Shown: positions 52,243 through 62,323 of the stretch, piece after piece
Layout of the letters: every line of letters starts with the position of its first letter
How positions within the stretch are numbered: the stretch's first letter is position 1
Source: a virus
Lineage: Duplodnaviria; Caudoviricetes
Length of the DNA: 64,000 nucleotides
Direction: 5' to 3' (one strand)
IMG/VR virus record: IMGVR_UViG_2873737359_000001
Coordinates: 113,487-177,486 of that record
The notes under the pieces: model-generated
Database searches by the model: none
What the model was told of the DNA's origin: nothing
The model's input: only the letters and a program-made list of their open reading frames with translations
Made by a program: the position numbers and the translations under genes

Positions 52243-53290
52243 TTTCTCACTGCTTGGGATTGGCGCTTGTGGAGGAAATCAAGTCGCAGCATTTAAAAAA
52301 TATGGAATGAATAGCTTCTATATTAATAGCGCATTGGAAGATTTACAAAGTCTAGGAATAGACAACATTCACTACTATCACTTAGACGGAGCAAATGGAT
52401 GTCATAAAAATAGAGATGTATCAAAAACCTATTTATCAGATAATTATGAGGATATATTAAGAAATATTGAAAGATATTCTACAGGCAAATATATCTTTCT
52501 ATTTGGTTCTATTGGCGGTGGTACATTCTCTGGAATGTGTGCATTGATTACTGAGCTAATTGAATCAGAATTGAATAAGATTGTAATACCTGTGGTTACA
52601 ATACCAAATTTTTCCGAATCTCTTCAGGCAAAAACAAATGCATATGAATCTTTAAAAGAATTACTTGATGTGGTAAAGCATACTGTTTTTATCGTTGATA
52701 ACAATAAAGAGACAAATTATGTTAAAAGTAATGAGATTTTAGCAAATCTTATTTATTCTCTTATTTCAGATGTATCTACTTCGGCAGATGGAATCTATGA
52801 TTATAGTGAAATCTGTTCGATGCTAGAATGCCATGGATACGGTATTATAAATACATTTACCAGAAAGCCTAATCAATCTAATATTACATCAGAACTCAAA
52901 AGAGCAGTTACGAATAACATATTCTGCGATATTGAATCTCGGAATCCTTTGTACTACTGTGGAATAAAAAATTCTACGATGAGAAAAACTGTCTCGATCG
53001 ATACTTCTGAATTGCAACTCCAATTTGGATTTTGGCGAGATCTGTTTTTAGGATATCAAACTAAGACTAATTTAATATTCTTGAGTGGATTGAAATATCC
53101 TGCTACTACTATCAATGCTCTTTATAAATCTATTCAGGAAGACAAACGAAGAATTGAGGAAGATTTAAAATCTTCACAATCTGAATCATTATTTAAAGAC
53201 GATTATTCTATTGCTCTTTCATCTTCTCTACAAGAGAAGAAAACATTATCTGCCAGGGAAAAATTAATACAAATGAGAAATTCTAAGTAG
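52229..53290 (+). CDS. tubZ: Tubulin/FtsZ-family GTPase (TubZ-like)
   Basis: GIGACGGN T1 loop, GGGTFSG tubulin signature variant, IVDN motif, DYSE T7-like loop. Confidence 0.85.
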   Translation: MMKNNFSLLGIGACGGNQVAAFKKYGMNSFYINSALEDLQSLGIDNIHYYHLDGANGCHKNRDVSKTYLSDNYEDILRNIERYSTGKYIFLFGSIGGGTFSGMCALITELIESELNKIVIPVVTIPNFSESLQAKTNAYESLKELLDVVKHTVFIVDNNKETNYVKSNEILANLIYSLISDVSTSADGIYDYSEICSMLECHGYGIINTFTRKPNQSNITSELKRAVTNNIFCDIESRNPLYYCGIKNSTMRKTVSIDTSELQLQFGFWRDLFLGYQTKTNLIFLSGLKYPATTINALYKSIQEDKRRIEEDLKSSQSESLFKDDYSIALSSSLQEKKTLSAREKLIQMRNSK

Positions 53291-53298
53291 GTGATATA

Positions 53299-54072
53299 AT
53301 GACCAATAAAAAATCTGGTGTTATTAGAAAGAAGCGAACATATTATGCACAGGTAAGTAATGTCGCATTAAGAGATGAGACATTATCCCTTAAAGCAAAA
53401 GGATTACTTGCTATAATTGAATCATATTTGACACTAGATGGTTTTATCTTATATAAAGACTTTCTTATGAGTAAATCTACCGATGGTGAATGTTCTTTTA
53501 GAGGAGCTTGGAAAGAATTAAAAGACCATGGTTACTTGATACAGTATAAACTTAAAGACAATGAAACTAAGCAATTTTATTATGAGTATGAGATATGCGA
53601 CAACCCACATGTTGAAAATCACCATATGGCTCAAAAGCCAGATGCAGAATTTCCACTTGTGGCTAATCTAGGTGATGGGAATTCCACAAGTGGAAAACCA
53701 CCCTCGTATAATAATACTTTATGTAATAATAATATATATATTAATACTATACATACCAACATCAATTACAACCCAATATTTGTTAATTCGATTGATAGAA
53801 AGTTGGTGGATAATATAGTAGATATTATGAATGAAGTATTATGCAACAATACTGAGTATATTGTAATTAATGGTAGTAATATACCATTAAATCTTGTGAA
53901 ATCTACGTTCTTAAAAGTTGGATCATCTCATATTCAATATGTTGTTAATGTAATAAATAATTACAATAACAAAATCAGTAATATGAAAAATTTCATTATT
54001 ACTACATTATACAATTCTGTATTAACACTCGATGCGTATTACATAAATCTAGTAACAAATACAGAATTATAA
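53299..54072 (+). CDS. Replication initiator-like protein (N-terminal wHTH, DUF6017-like C-terminus)
   Basis: LRDETLSLKAKGLL N-terminus; HIQYVV...ISNMKNFIITTLYNS C-terminus as seen in Firmicute Rep proteins. Confidence 0.7.
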   Translation: MTNKKSGVIRKKRTYYAQVSNVALRDETLSLKAKGLLAIIESYLTLDGFILYKDFLMSKSTDGECSFRGAWKELKDHGYLIQYKLKDNETKQFYYEYEICDNPHVENHHMAQKPDAEFPLVANLGDGNSTSGKPPSYNNTLCNNNIYINTIHTNINYNPIFVNSIDRKLVDNIVDIMNEVLCNNTEYIVINGSNIPLNLVKSTFLKVGSSHIQYVVNVINNYNNKISNMKNFIITTLYNSVLTLDAYYINLVTNTEL

Positions 54073-54083
54073 TTAGAAATATA

Positions 54084-54118
54084 AAAAATAGGCGCCTTTT
54101 AAGGTGTCTATTTTTTTT
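54084..54118. terminator. Bidirectional terminator closing the cassette
   Basis: AAAAATAGGCGCC-TTTTAA-GGTGTCTATTTTTTT. Confidence 0.7.
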
Positions 54119-54153
54119 ATACAAAAAAAAATACAGAAAGGACATGATGGATA

Positions 54154-54411
54154 ATGAAAGATCAATTCCTTGATTATCGTGGCTTGACCGAGCTAACAGA
54201 ATACATCAAAAAATATATTTCTGATGTAAATCCTATCCGTCCTTATGCTTCTTATACATTGTTCCCAACGGTAGGTGATCAACATGCAATTTATGTTGAT
54301 ACATCAACAAATGCAATCTATCGGTGGGATGATGCAAATATAAAATACTACGCATTAGCATTTGATCCAAATGATCAATATATGATGCAATGCGGATCTG
54401 CGAAAGGATGA
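54154..54411 (+). CDS. Small tail-fibre-associated protein
   Basis: FLDYRGL...FPTVGD...IYVDTSTNAIYRWD fibre-type motif. Confidence 0.65.
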   Translation: MKDQFLDYRGLTELTEYIKKYISDVNPIRPYASYTLFPTVGDQHAIYVDTSTNAIYRWDDANIKYYALAFDPNDQYMMQCGSAKG

Positions 54412-54415
54412 TAAT

Positions 54416-56125
54416 ATGGCAACAAAAACATTAACTACCCGTATCGCCCTAAAAACGGATACAACTGCCAATTGGTCTGCTTCTACCCTTGTGTTGCTCA
54501 AGGGTGAGCAAGCCATCGAAATTCCAGAATCGGGCGAGTATAAACTAAAAATCGGTGACGGAGTTAATACATTTAAGGATCTTCCTTATGTAGCAATGAC
54601 TCCGACTGAGATTAAAAATTTGATTAACAGTGGTGCTGTACAAACTGTATCTCTTGCATCTGGTACAAATAATGGTACCGTAAAATTAACTGTAGATGGA
54701 ACTGTCACAGACAATATTGCGGTAAAAGGTCTTGGAAGTGCGGCTTATACAAATTCAGGTGCTTATGCAACTGCTGGACACGGACATTCTATTTCTGGTG
54801 TTTCAGGCTTGCAGGCTGCGCTTGATAGCAAATCTGCTGTAGGACACACTCATGATGATAGATATTACACAGAATCAGAAATGAATACAAAACTTGCGGG
54901 AAAAGCAAACAGCTCCCATACTCATGGTTCTGGAGATATCACATCACTTGACGCCAGTAAACTGACTGGCACTATTAATATTGAGAGACTTCCAGCCGGT
55001 GCTCTTGAAAGATGTGTGATTGTAGCTGATGACGCTGCGAGACTGAAACTTACTACAAAAGATGTCCAAAAAGGTGATACTGTTAAAGTAACTGCAACAG
55101 GAAAAATGTATTTTGTTATTGACGATTCAAAATTGAGTACAGAAGACGGTTACACAGTATATACCGCAGGTACTGCAACATCTGTACCTTGGAGCGGAGT
55201 AACAGGTAAACCTTCTACCTTCACTCCATCAGCTCACACTCATACCATTGCAAATATAACAGGACTTCAGAATGCTTTAAATGGTAAAGCCAATTCATCT
55301 CATACCCATTCTATTGATAATGTAACAGGCTTACAGTCTGCATTAGATGGTAAATCAAATACAAATCACGGCCATACATCAATTACAACATATGGTGAAG
55401 AGACGATTGGCAAAGTGGCCGACGACACTACGGCTAATTGGGCTAGCAAAAATAATAGTATTCATTTCTATAAAACAGATAAGTTACTTAATGGACAACC
55501 TAGCCAGTATGGTTTCTTATTTAATATGGCACAGGGAGAATCTGAACTTCATCAGATTTGGGCTGCACATGGAGGTAGTTTATATCATAGATATGGAAAC
55601 GCAAATGGTATCGAAACTACATGGCGTGAAGTCTTAGATTCTTCTAACTACACTAATTATACCGTAACTAAAGGTGGTTCTGGTGCTACTGGTACATGGG
55701 GAATCTCTATTACTGGAAACGCTGCCACTGCTTCAAAATGTACAGGTAACGCTGCCACTGCAACAGTCGCTGATTCTGCAAAAGCTTGTACAGGTAATTC
55801 TGCGACAGCAACTAAACTTGCTACCGCTAGAAAAATCGGTAACGCTTCTTTCGATGGATCAGCCGACATTACTCTTTCTGCAATCGGAGCTGCTTCAAGC
55901 GGTCATACACATAACTATGCTGGATCAAGTTCTGTAGGCGGAGCAGCAAATTCCGCTGTAAAACTTTCTACAGCTAGAGCATTTTCTATTACAGGTGGCG
56001 CAACTGCTGCTGCTGTTAGTTTTGATGGATCTGCTGCTGTAGCTCTTAATGTTACATCTGTAAGCACTGATGTACTTAATAATGGTTCTAACACACTTAT
56101 TTTAAGTTGTGGAGGAGCTGCTTGA
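54416..56125 (+). CDS. Tail fibre protein with HxH repeats
   Basis: DTTANW...VLLKGE...KIGDGVNTFKDLPY N-terminal anchor; repeated GLQxALxGKANSSHTH and GNAATA motifs. Confidence 0.8.
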   Translation: MATKTLTTRIALKTDTTANWSASTLVLLKGEQAIEIPESGEYKLKIGDGVNTFKDLPYVAMTPTEIKNLINSGAVQTVSLASGTNNGTVKLTVDGTVTDNIAVKGLGSAAYTNSGAYATAGHGHSISGVSGLQAALDSKSAVGHTHDDRYYTESEMNTKLAGKANSSHTHGSGDITSLDASKLTGTINIERLPAGALERCVIVADDAARLKLTTKDVQKGDTVKVTATGKMYFVIDDSKLSTEDGYTVYTAGTATSVPWSGVTGKPSTFTPSAHTHTIANITGLQNALNGKANSSHTHSIDNVTGLQSALDGKSNTNHGHTSITTYGEETIGKVADDTTANWASKNNSIHFYKTDKLLNGQPSQYGFLFNMAQGESELHQIWAAHGGSLYHRYGNANGIETTWREVLDSSNYTNYTVTKGGSGATGTWGISITGNAATASKCTGNAATATVADSAKACTGNSATATKLATARKIGNASFDGSADITLSAIGAASSGHTHNYAGSSSVGGAANSAVKLSTARAFSITGGATAAAVSFDGSAAVALNVTSVSTDVLNNGSNTLILSCGGAA

Positions 56126-56243
56126 TACTTTTAAATTGATATTAGCTGTCTCTCATTCATTTGGGAGGCAGTTATTTTTATGGATTTTATGGAGACGAAA
56201 ATAATGAACGAAAAGTTCTTAATAAATATAAGGAGGTGCATTA

Positions 56244-59201
56244 ATGGCTGATAAAACATTAAATGTGCGAGTAAAACACAGATATGATACAGAAGCCAAT
56301 TGGACTTCTAAAAATCCTGTTCTTTTAGCAGGTGAATTAGCTTTTTCAAAGGACAAAAATGGTAGATATAAAGTGGGTGATGGAACATCGAAATGGTCAG
56401 AGTTGCAATATGCCACAGCTAATTCAGTTCCCTGGTCAGGAATTACTGGGAAACCATTAACTTATCCTCCATCATCTCATACTCACTCTTATCTTCCATT
56501 AAATGGAGGAACTTTAACAGGTGCTTTAACAGCTCCGAATATAATTGCTTCGAATTACTTTACGACTCCTACTATGCTTGGTGAAGGCAGTACTTCAACA
56601 TATTATCATAGAGTAGATTTTGGCCATTCAGGTGTAAATCAATTCGATTTTTATGAATATGGTGGATTATATAATTTCTATCAAAATCAAAGCGCCGGAA
56701 AAGATAAAGCTGTTTTATTAGGAAAAATTACAGCTAATGGCTGGGAAGGTAATGTTGTAGGTAATGTTACAGGTAAAGCTTCAACAGCAGGAACAGCAGA
56801 TGTAGCAAACTCTGTGGATTGGTCTAAAGTAACAAATAAACCATCAACATTTACTCCTTCTTCTCATTCTCATACATTTAATCAAATCTCAGATAGGACC
56901 ACATATATTTATGACGCTTCTACTTCTCGTACCAAGAATACAGTACTTGCAGCTCCTAATGGTTCTGATGGAAAAGCAACATTTAGAGCATTAACGGCTG
57001 CTGATATACCTAACTTAACTAAAAGTAAGATAAGTGATTTTCCAACTTCAATGCCTGCTTCTGATGTATCGTCATGGGCAAAAGCAAGTACAAAACCAAG
57101 TTATACTAAAGCTGAGGTCGGATTAGGAAACGTTGATAATACGGCAGACGCAAACAAATCTGTAAAATATGCCACAAGTGCTGGAAGCGCAGAATCATGT
57201 ACGGGTAACGCAGCTACCGCCACAAAGTTAGCAACATCAAGAACCGTATCTGGCGGAACAGATATCACTATGAGTTTTAATTATGATGGCTCTGGAAATT
57301 CATTAGCTAATATTGGATATTACAATTGTAATGCTAGCAATGGAAATACAAACAACTATCCATATCATAGATTTGCAAAATTAGATGTTATTGCAGATCC
57401 ATATAGAGATCAAACAATGACTGTATATATTACACAGGACTATAACGGTGGTTGTTTTGGTATTGCGAGAATTTCTTTAAGAACAAATAATTCATCATAT
57501 GTATCAGAAGCAGAAGCAAAATGGTTAGTTCGATCAGGATTTTCTGCTGATGCACTTCAAGTTGCTATATATGAAGTATATGGTAAAACTTATGCAGATG
57601 CATTTATTAAATTACCTGGAACATATAACGGAACAGTGATTCGTGCCATTGCGAACGGTGGTAGAGGAAGTATATCTCGTACTTGGACATTGATTAATTC
57701 CAGAGAGGCAGACAGTACGACGACATCTGATGCTAAAACATCTACGGAATCTTATGTTAATATAACAACCGCAGGTACAGAGATCCATAATCAAGCTTAT
57801 TCAAAAATTATTACAGGTGTTGATGCCGGTACCACTTCTGCTGCAAATAGTGTAGCCTGGGGAGGAATTTCAGGAAAACCTGCTATTGTTGGGAAAACAA
57901 TAAAATCTCGTTCTAATTTAGGTGATGCTAATTGGACAGATTTGACAACAGCTCAGGGACTTATTCCTGATATGGCCTTTATATCATATTGGAATGGTGC
58001 ATTTAGCGGTGCTTCTTCTAATCTTGCATACTGCAATAAAGGTGCTTTTGGTTCAATTGTAACTAAAAATATAAATGATTATGCTACTGCTAATCATAAC
58101 CATGATTCTGTATATGCAAAATTATCTCATAATCATGCTATATCTGATATTACGAATTTACAAACTACATTAAATGGTAAAGCAAACAGTTCGCATACAC
58201 ATTCTTATCTTCCACTTTCAGGCGGAACATTAACTGGAAATTTGACTGTTAATGGCGGTATTACTACTTCTTCAGACATAATTATACCTTCTATATGTTT
58301 TTCACAAGACAAAGATTCCATAGCGTTAGGCATGACAGCAGACAATACAATTATTGTTCCTAATCATAAGATTACTATTGGTAATTTGTTAAAAGCAAAT
58401 GGCGGAATATCTACTGAAGATATATCTACTACGAATATAGACATAACAAAATTAACATTTACCAGATCTACTGCAGCATCTATAAATTTTTCAAATAATA
58501 AAGTAAGTATAAATAGCGCTGGACTAAATGTAGATAATGGCGCTTCATTTGGAGCGGCAATCAGTATAAACGGAACAGTGATAGCTAATGGTTCTGTACG
58601 TTTTATTGATTACTACAGTGAGAGCACTGGAGATGGTAATACACGAAGAGCAGTTTCTTCATCAGCTACTGATGGTTTAAAGGTCGGATATTTAAAAAGC
58701 AAAACAAATTCTAGCACAAGCAAAAAGCAGTTTTGTGTTATGGGACAATGGGGAAAAGAAGATGACTTTGGAAATGCAACAACTAAAGGATCTTGGACCA
58801 TGGGTTATATCCTTATCGATTCTACATCTGACGTTCGTTTAAAGAAGAATATAAAAAATACAGATATTTCTGCGCTTCCAATCATTAATCAAATGAAAGT
58901 AAGACAGTTTGACTGGAAAGAAACTGGAGTACATCAGCAATTAGGTCTTGTCGCAGATGAGCTTGATAAATTTGACCCTCTGCTTACTGTTGGCGGTGGA
59001 TATGAGGCCGACGGATCTATGTATGTAAAACAGATTGATAGATTACTTCTTACTGAGTACGCTATTAAGGGTATCCAGGAACAGCAAGATGAAATTGTTG
59101 AACTTCAAAAAGAAAATAAAGAATTGAAACAGAAAATATCTGAAATAGACACTCTTAAGGATGAACTTGTTCAACTTAAGGCTTTAATTATGAACAAATA
59201 A
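56244..59201 (+). CDS. Tail fibre protein with C-terminal peptidase S74 chaperone
   Basis: DTEANWTSKNPVLLAGE N-terminus, VGLGNVDNTAD and YLPLSGGTLTG repeats, SDVRLKKNIK chaperone motif. Confidence 0.85.
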   Translation: MADKTLNVRVKHRYDTEANWTSKNPVLLAGELAFSKDKNGRYKVGDGTSKWSELQYATANSVPWSGITGKPLTYPPSSHTHSYLPLNGGTLTGALTAPNIIASNYFTTPTMLGEGSTSTYYHRVDFGHSGVNQFDFYEYGGLYNFYQNQSAGKDKAVLLGKITANGWEGNVVGNVTGKASTAGTADVANSVDWSKVTNKPSTFTPSSHSHTFNQISDRTTYIYDASTSRTKNTVLAAPNGSDGKATFRALTAADIPNLTKSKISDFPTSMPASDVSSWAKASTKPSYTKAEVGLGNVDNTADANKSVKYATSAGSAESCTGNAATATKLATSRTVSGGTDITMSFNYDGSGNSLANIGYYNCNASNGNTNNYPYHRFAKLDVIADPYRDQTMTVYITQDYNGGCFGIARISLRTNNSSYVSEAEAKWLVRSGFSADALQVAIYEVYGKTYADAFIKLPGTYNGTVIRAIANGGRGSISRTWTLINSREADSTTTSDAKTSTESYVNITTAGTEIHNQAYSKIITGVDAGTTSAANSVAWGGISGKPAIVGKTIKSRSNLGDANWTDLTTAQGLIPDMAFISYWNGAFSGASSNLAYCNKGAFGSIVTKNINDYATANHNHDSVYAKLSHNHAISDITNLQTTLNGKANSSHTHSYLPLSGGTLTGNLTVNGGITTSSDIIIPSICFSQDKDSIALGMTADNTIIVPNHKITIGNLLKANGGISTEDISTTNIDITKLTFTRSTAASINFSNNKVSINSAGLNVDNGASFGAAISINGTVIANGSVRFIDYYSESTGDGNTRRAVSSSATDGLKVGYLKSKTNSSTSKKQFCVMGQWGKEDDFGNATTKGSWTMGYILIDSTSDVRLKKNIKNTDISALPIINQMKVRQFDWKETGVHQQLGLVADELDKFDPLLTVGGGYEADGSMYVKQIDRLLLTEYAIKGIQEQQDEIVELQKENKELKQKISEIDTLKDELVQLKALIMNK

Positions 59202-59275
59202 ATTTTAAAAGAGAGGCTTTTATAGTCTCTCTTTTATTGTATACAAATTTACACAAAAAAGGAGGCTGATATTCA

Positions 59276-61171
59276 ATGAGCGAAATTAAAGGAATTGATG
59301 TTTCCGCTTTTCAAGGAAATATAAATTGGAAAACTGTAGCGAACTATGGAATGGGATTTGCGATTCTTAGAATCACAGAGGCCGGAAATGTAACTGATCC
59401 TACGTTTGAACAGAATTATAAAGGCTGTATTAATAATAAAATTCCTGTTGGAGTTTACAAATATTCTTATGCTTCTACTATTGCAGAGATTCAAAATGAA
59501 GCTCGTAAGGTTGTGTCTGTGCTCAATAAGAGAAAATTGGATTATCCTGTATGGTTAGATCTCGAATGGAACAATCAACGTGCTTTAGGTTCTGAAAGTA
59601 TTCATAAAATGGCAGAAGCATTTAAAGAAATTATAGTTGCGGCTGGATATCAGTTTGGAATCTACTGTAATGCCGATTGGTACACAAATGTAATTTGTAG
59701 CCATTTGAAAAAGTACGATTTTTGGATTGCTCGTTACCCATCCAATGATACAGGAGTTGTAGTGGAAAGATTACGCCCAGATTATGGAGCTATGTGGCAG
59801 TATTCTTCCAAGGCTACTATCCCGGGAATTTCTACTAAAGTAGATCGTAGTGTTTCATATAAAAACTACTCTTCTACTGCTACAAACAAAAGTAATTCTA
59901 CAACTACAAAACAGGAAGGAGGAACTAAATTGACAAAAGAACAAATAATTAATGCGTTGATTACGGTTGCAAAAAATGAAATTGGATACCTTGAGAAAGC
60001 AACAAATGCCCAATTAGATAGTAAAACAGCTAATGCAGGTTATAATAATTATACAAAATACTGGCGTGATGTATATCCAGCATATCAAGCACAGGCTTGG
60101 TGTGCGTGCTTTATTAGTTGGATTATGATGACCGCATTTGGATTAGAAACTGCAAAGAAACTATTAAAACACTGGCCTTATGTTTATTGTCCAAGTATGC
60201 GAGACTATTTTACTTTATACGCTAATCCTCAAGTTGGAGATATCGTTATATTTTGGAGTAGTAAGAAAAAAGAATTTACTCATACAGGATTTGTTATTGA
60301 GGTTCAAGGTGATAAATTTAAAACCATTGAAGGAAATACATCCGGTGCATCTGGAATTGTAGCAAATGGTGGCGGAGTATGTCAAAAAAGTTATTATAAC
60401 TCTCAACTTCCAGGAACAAAATTCTGTCGTCCTGATTATTCTATTGTTACATCTATTAAATCTGGAAATTCTATAAATACCGCTACAACTACAACAACTA
60501 AAAGTTGGATTGAGCTTGGCGATAGAGGAGATAATGTAAAAACTCTTCAAACAAAACTTAATAAGCTTAGTTATAAGCTTGACATTGATGGTATATGTGG
60601 AAATGCAACTGTTGCTGCAATTAAAGACTTCCAGAAGAAATATAATCTTACTATTGATGGGCAGGCGGGTAAAAATACTATTACTAAGCTTGACTCTGTT
60701 ATAGCCGCGAAGGAAAATAAAAACTTTAAAGTATTTGTCGGTGCATGTACCACAGATGGAACTCCAGTATATCAGAAATCAACTGGTACTACTGTTCTTG
60801 CTACATATCCAAAACTAAATAGGAGAAATCTTGTTGATGTTATTGCTATGTCTGGGTCTCGTTATAAAATCAAGATTGCCAATACACATACAGGTTATAT
60901 TGACAAAAATAAGATTACAACACCAGATAAATTAACTACAACAAAATCTAAATATCCTTATGTAGGTAAATGTACTGGAAACGACGTATCTGTAAGAAAA
61001 AAGGCTGGAACTTCTTATGCTAAAATTTCTGGATATCCAACTTTAAATAAAGGAAATAAAGTTGATGTTCTTGGGGTTAAAAAAGATTCTTCTGGACAAG
61101 AGTGGAAAAAAGTTCGTATTGCAGGGAAATATACTGGTTATGTATACGGCAAATATATCCAAAAAGTTTAA
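59276..61171 (+). CDS. Modular endolysin: GH25 muramidase + CHAP + peptidoglycan-binding + SH3-like domains
   Basis: GIDVS...WLDLE...WQYSS (GH25); AWCACF...HTG...TIEGN (CHAP); DGICGNAT..AIKDFQ (PG-binding); two SH3b-like repeats. Confidence 0.92.
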   Translation: MSEIKGIDVSAFQGNINWKTVANYGMGFAILRITEAGNVTDPTFEQNYKGCINNKIPVGVYKYSYASTIAEIQNEARKVVSVLNKRKLDYPVWLDLEWNNQRALGSESIHKMAEAFKEIIVAAGYQFGIYCNADWYTNVICSHLKKYDFWIARYPSNDTGVVVERLRPDYGAMWQYSSKATIPGISTKVDRSVSYKNYSSTATNKSNSTTTKQEGGTKLTKEQIINALITVAKNEIGYLEKATNAQLDSKTANAGYNNYTKYWRDVYPAYQAQAWCACFISWIMMTAFGLETAKKLLKHWPYVYCPSMRDYFTLYANPQVGDIVIFWSSKKKEFTHTGFVIEVQGDKFKTIEGNTSGASGIVANGGGVCQKSYYNSQLPGTKFCRPDYSIVTSIKSGNSINTATTTTTKSWIELGDRGDNVKTLQTKLNKLSYKLDIDGICGNATVAAIKDFQKKYNLTIDGQAGKNTITKLDSVIAAKENKNFKVFVGACTTDGTPVYQKSTGTTVLATYPKLNRRNLVDVIAMSGSRYKIKIANTHTGYIDKNKITTPDKLTTTKSKYPYVGKCTGNDVSVRKKAGTSYAKISGYPTLNKGNKVDVLGVKKDSSGQEWKKVRIAGKYTGYVYGKYIQKV

Positions 61172-61190
61172 GAAAAGAGGCTGAGATATT

Positions 61191-61784
61191 ATGGAAGCAA
61201 TTGATGCAATAAAAAATATTCATGAAATTGGAGAGATTAATATATTCATAGGTATCATTTCAGTCGTCGCTCTTATCGTACTAGTAATTACTGGAATACA
61301 AAAGTTTATGGATGTACTTGGCCTAGAAACTAAAGGAAGTTTAAGAAGAAAAGCCCAAGAAAAACGTATTGCAGAATTAGAAAACAAAATTATGCTTCAG
61401 GAATCTGAGATAAAAAAATATAATCAAAAATTATATGATAAACAAAAAACTTATCATGAACAATCTATACAGATTCGAAGTAATCTTGAACAAAATCAAG
61501 ATCTTCTTAGTAAACAAATTACTGATTTTTCTAACATGATGAAAGACTACATAAATGTCCAAAATGCACGTACAATCGCTTCATTTCGCAGTTCTTTATG
61601 GCGTATGCACAGAGACTTTACAAACCAAGGTTATATTACGGCAGATGGGCTAAAAACATTTTTGGAGATGGGGAAACTCTATGAAGATGCTGGCGGAAAC
61701 GATATCTATCATTCTAAGCTTTTGCCAGAGATAACCGCACTTGAAATCAAATATTCAAAAGATGATATTATTGACAAAATTTAA
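61191..61784 (+). CDS. Lysis-module membrane protein (N-terminal TM, coiled coil)
   Basis: One TM segment and a YEDAGGN C-terminal motif; lies between endolysin and holin. Confidence 0.6.
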   Translation: MEAIDAIKNIHEIGEINIFIGIISVVALIVLVITGIQKFMDVLGLETKGSLRRKAQEKRIAELENKIMLQESEIKKYNQKLYDKQKTYHEQSIQIRSNLEQNQDLLSKQITDFSNMMKDYINVQNARTIASFRSSLWRMHRDFTNQGYITADGLKTFLEMGKLYEDAGGNDIYHSKLLPEITALEIKYSKDDIIDKI

Positions 61785-61801
61785 AGAAAGAAGGAATCGC
61801 T

Positions 61802-62062
61802 ATGAAAAATATTAACTGGTTAGTTCGTATTAAAAATAAATCATTCTGGATCGCATTAATTCCTGCAGTCCTTTTACTGATCCAGGTTGTTGCCGCAGTA
61901 TTCGGAATTACATTAGACTTAGGTGATCTTGGCAACAAATTACTCGCCGTGGTCAATGCTGTATTTGGAGTACTGGCAATTTTAGGTATTGTAATTGATC
62001 CGACTACTTCAGGAATTACTGATTCAGAGCAGGCACTTACATATATTGAGCCTAAAGAATAA
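61802..62062 (+). CDS. Holin (phi LC3 family-like)
   Basis: INWLVRIKNKSFW...LGIVIDPTTSGITDS signature. Confidence 0.9.
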   Translation: MKNINWLVRIKNKSFWIALIPAVLLLIQVVAAVFGITLDLGDLGNKLLAVVNAVFGVLAILGIVIDPTTSGITDSEQALTYIEPKE

Positions 62063-62070
62063 TTTTGAGA

Positions 62071-62106
62071 AGGGGATATGGTATTATTACCATATCCCCT
62101 TTTTTC
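62071..62106 (+). terminator. Terminator ending the late operon
   Basis: AAGGGGATATGGTA / TACCATATCCCCTT stem followed by a T run. Confidence 0.8.
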
Positions 62107-62323
62107 ACTTTTTAAATTAAATAAGAGAGAGACCTTAGTATATCATTTATCTCTCTCTACACTCTCACCACAAAGGCACTGTCTGCGCCTACACATTTTG
62201 TATAATAGACTAATAATTTTCATATTAAATCTCATTATGATTTTATAATATTTGTTAAAAATTTTTATGTGGTAATTGCTATAGTTGTAGTTTAACAAAG
62301 TAACATTATTATTACGTCAAGAG

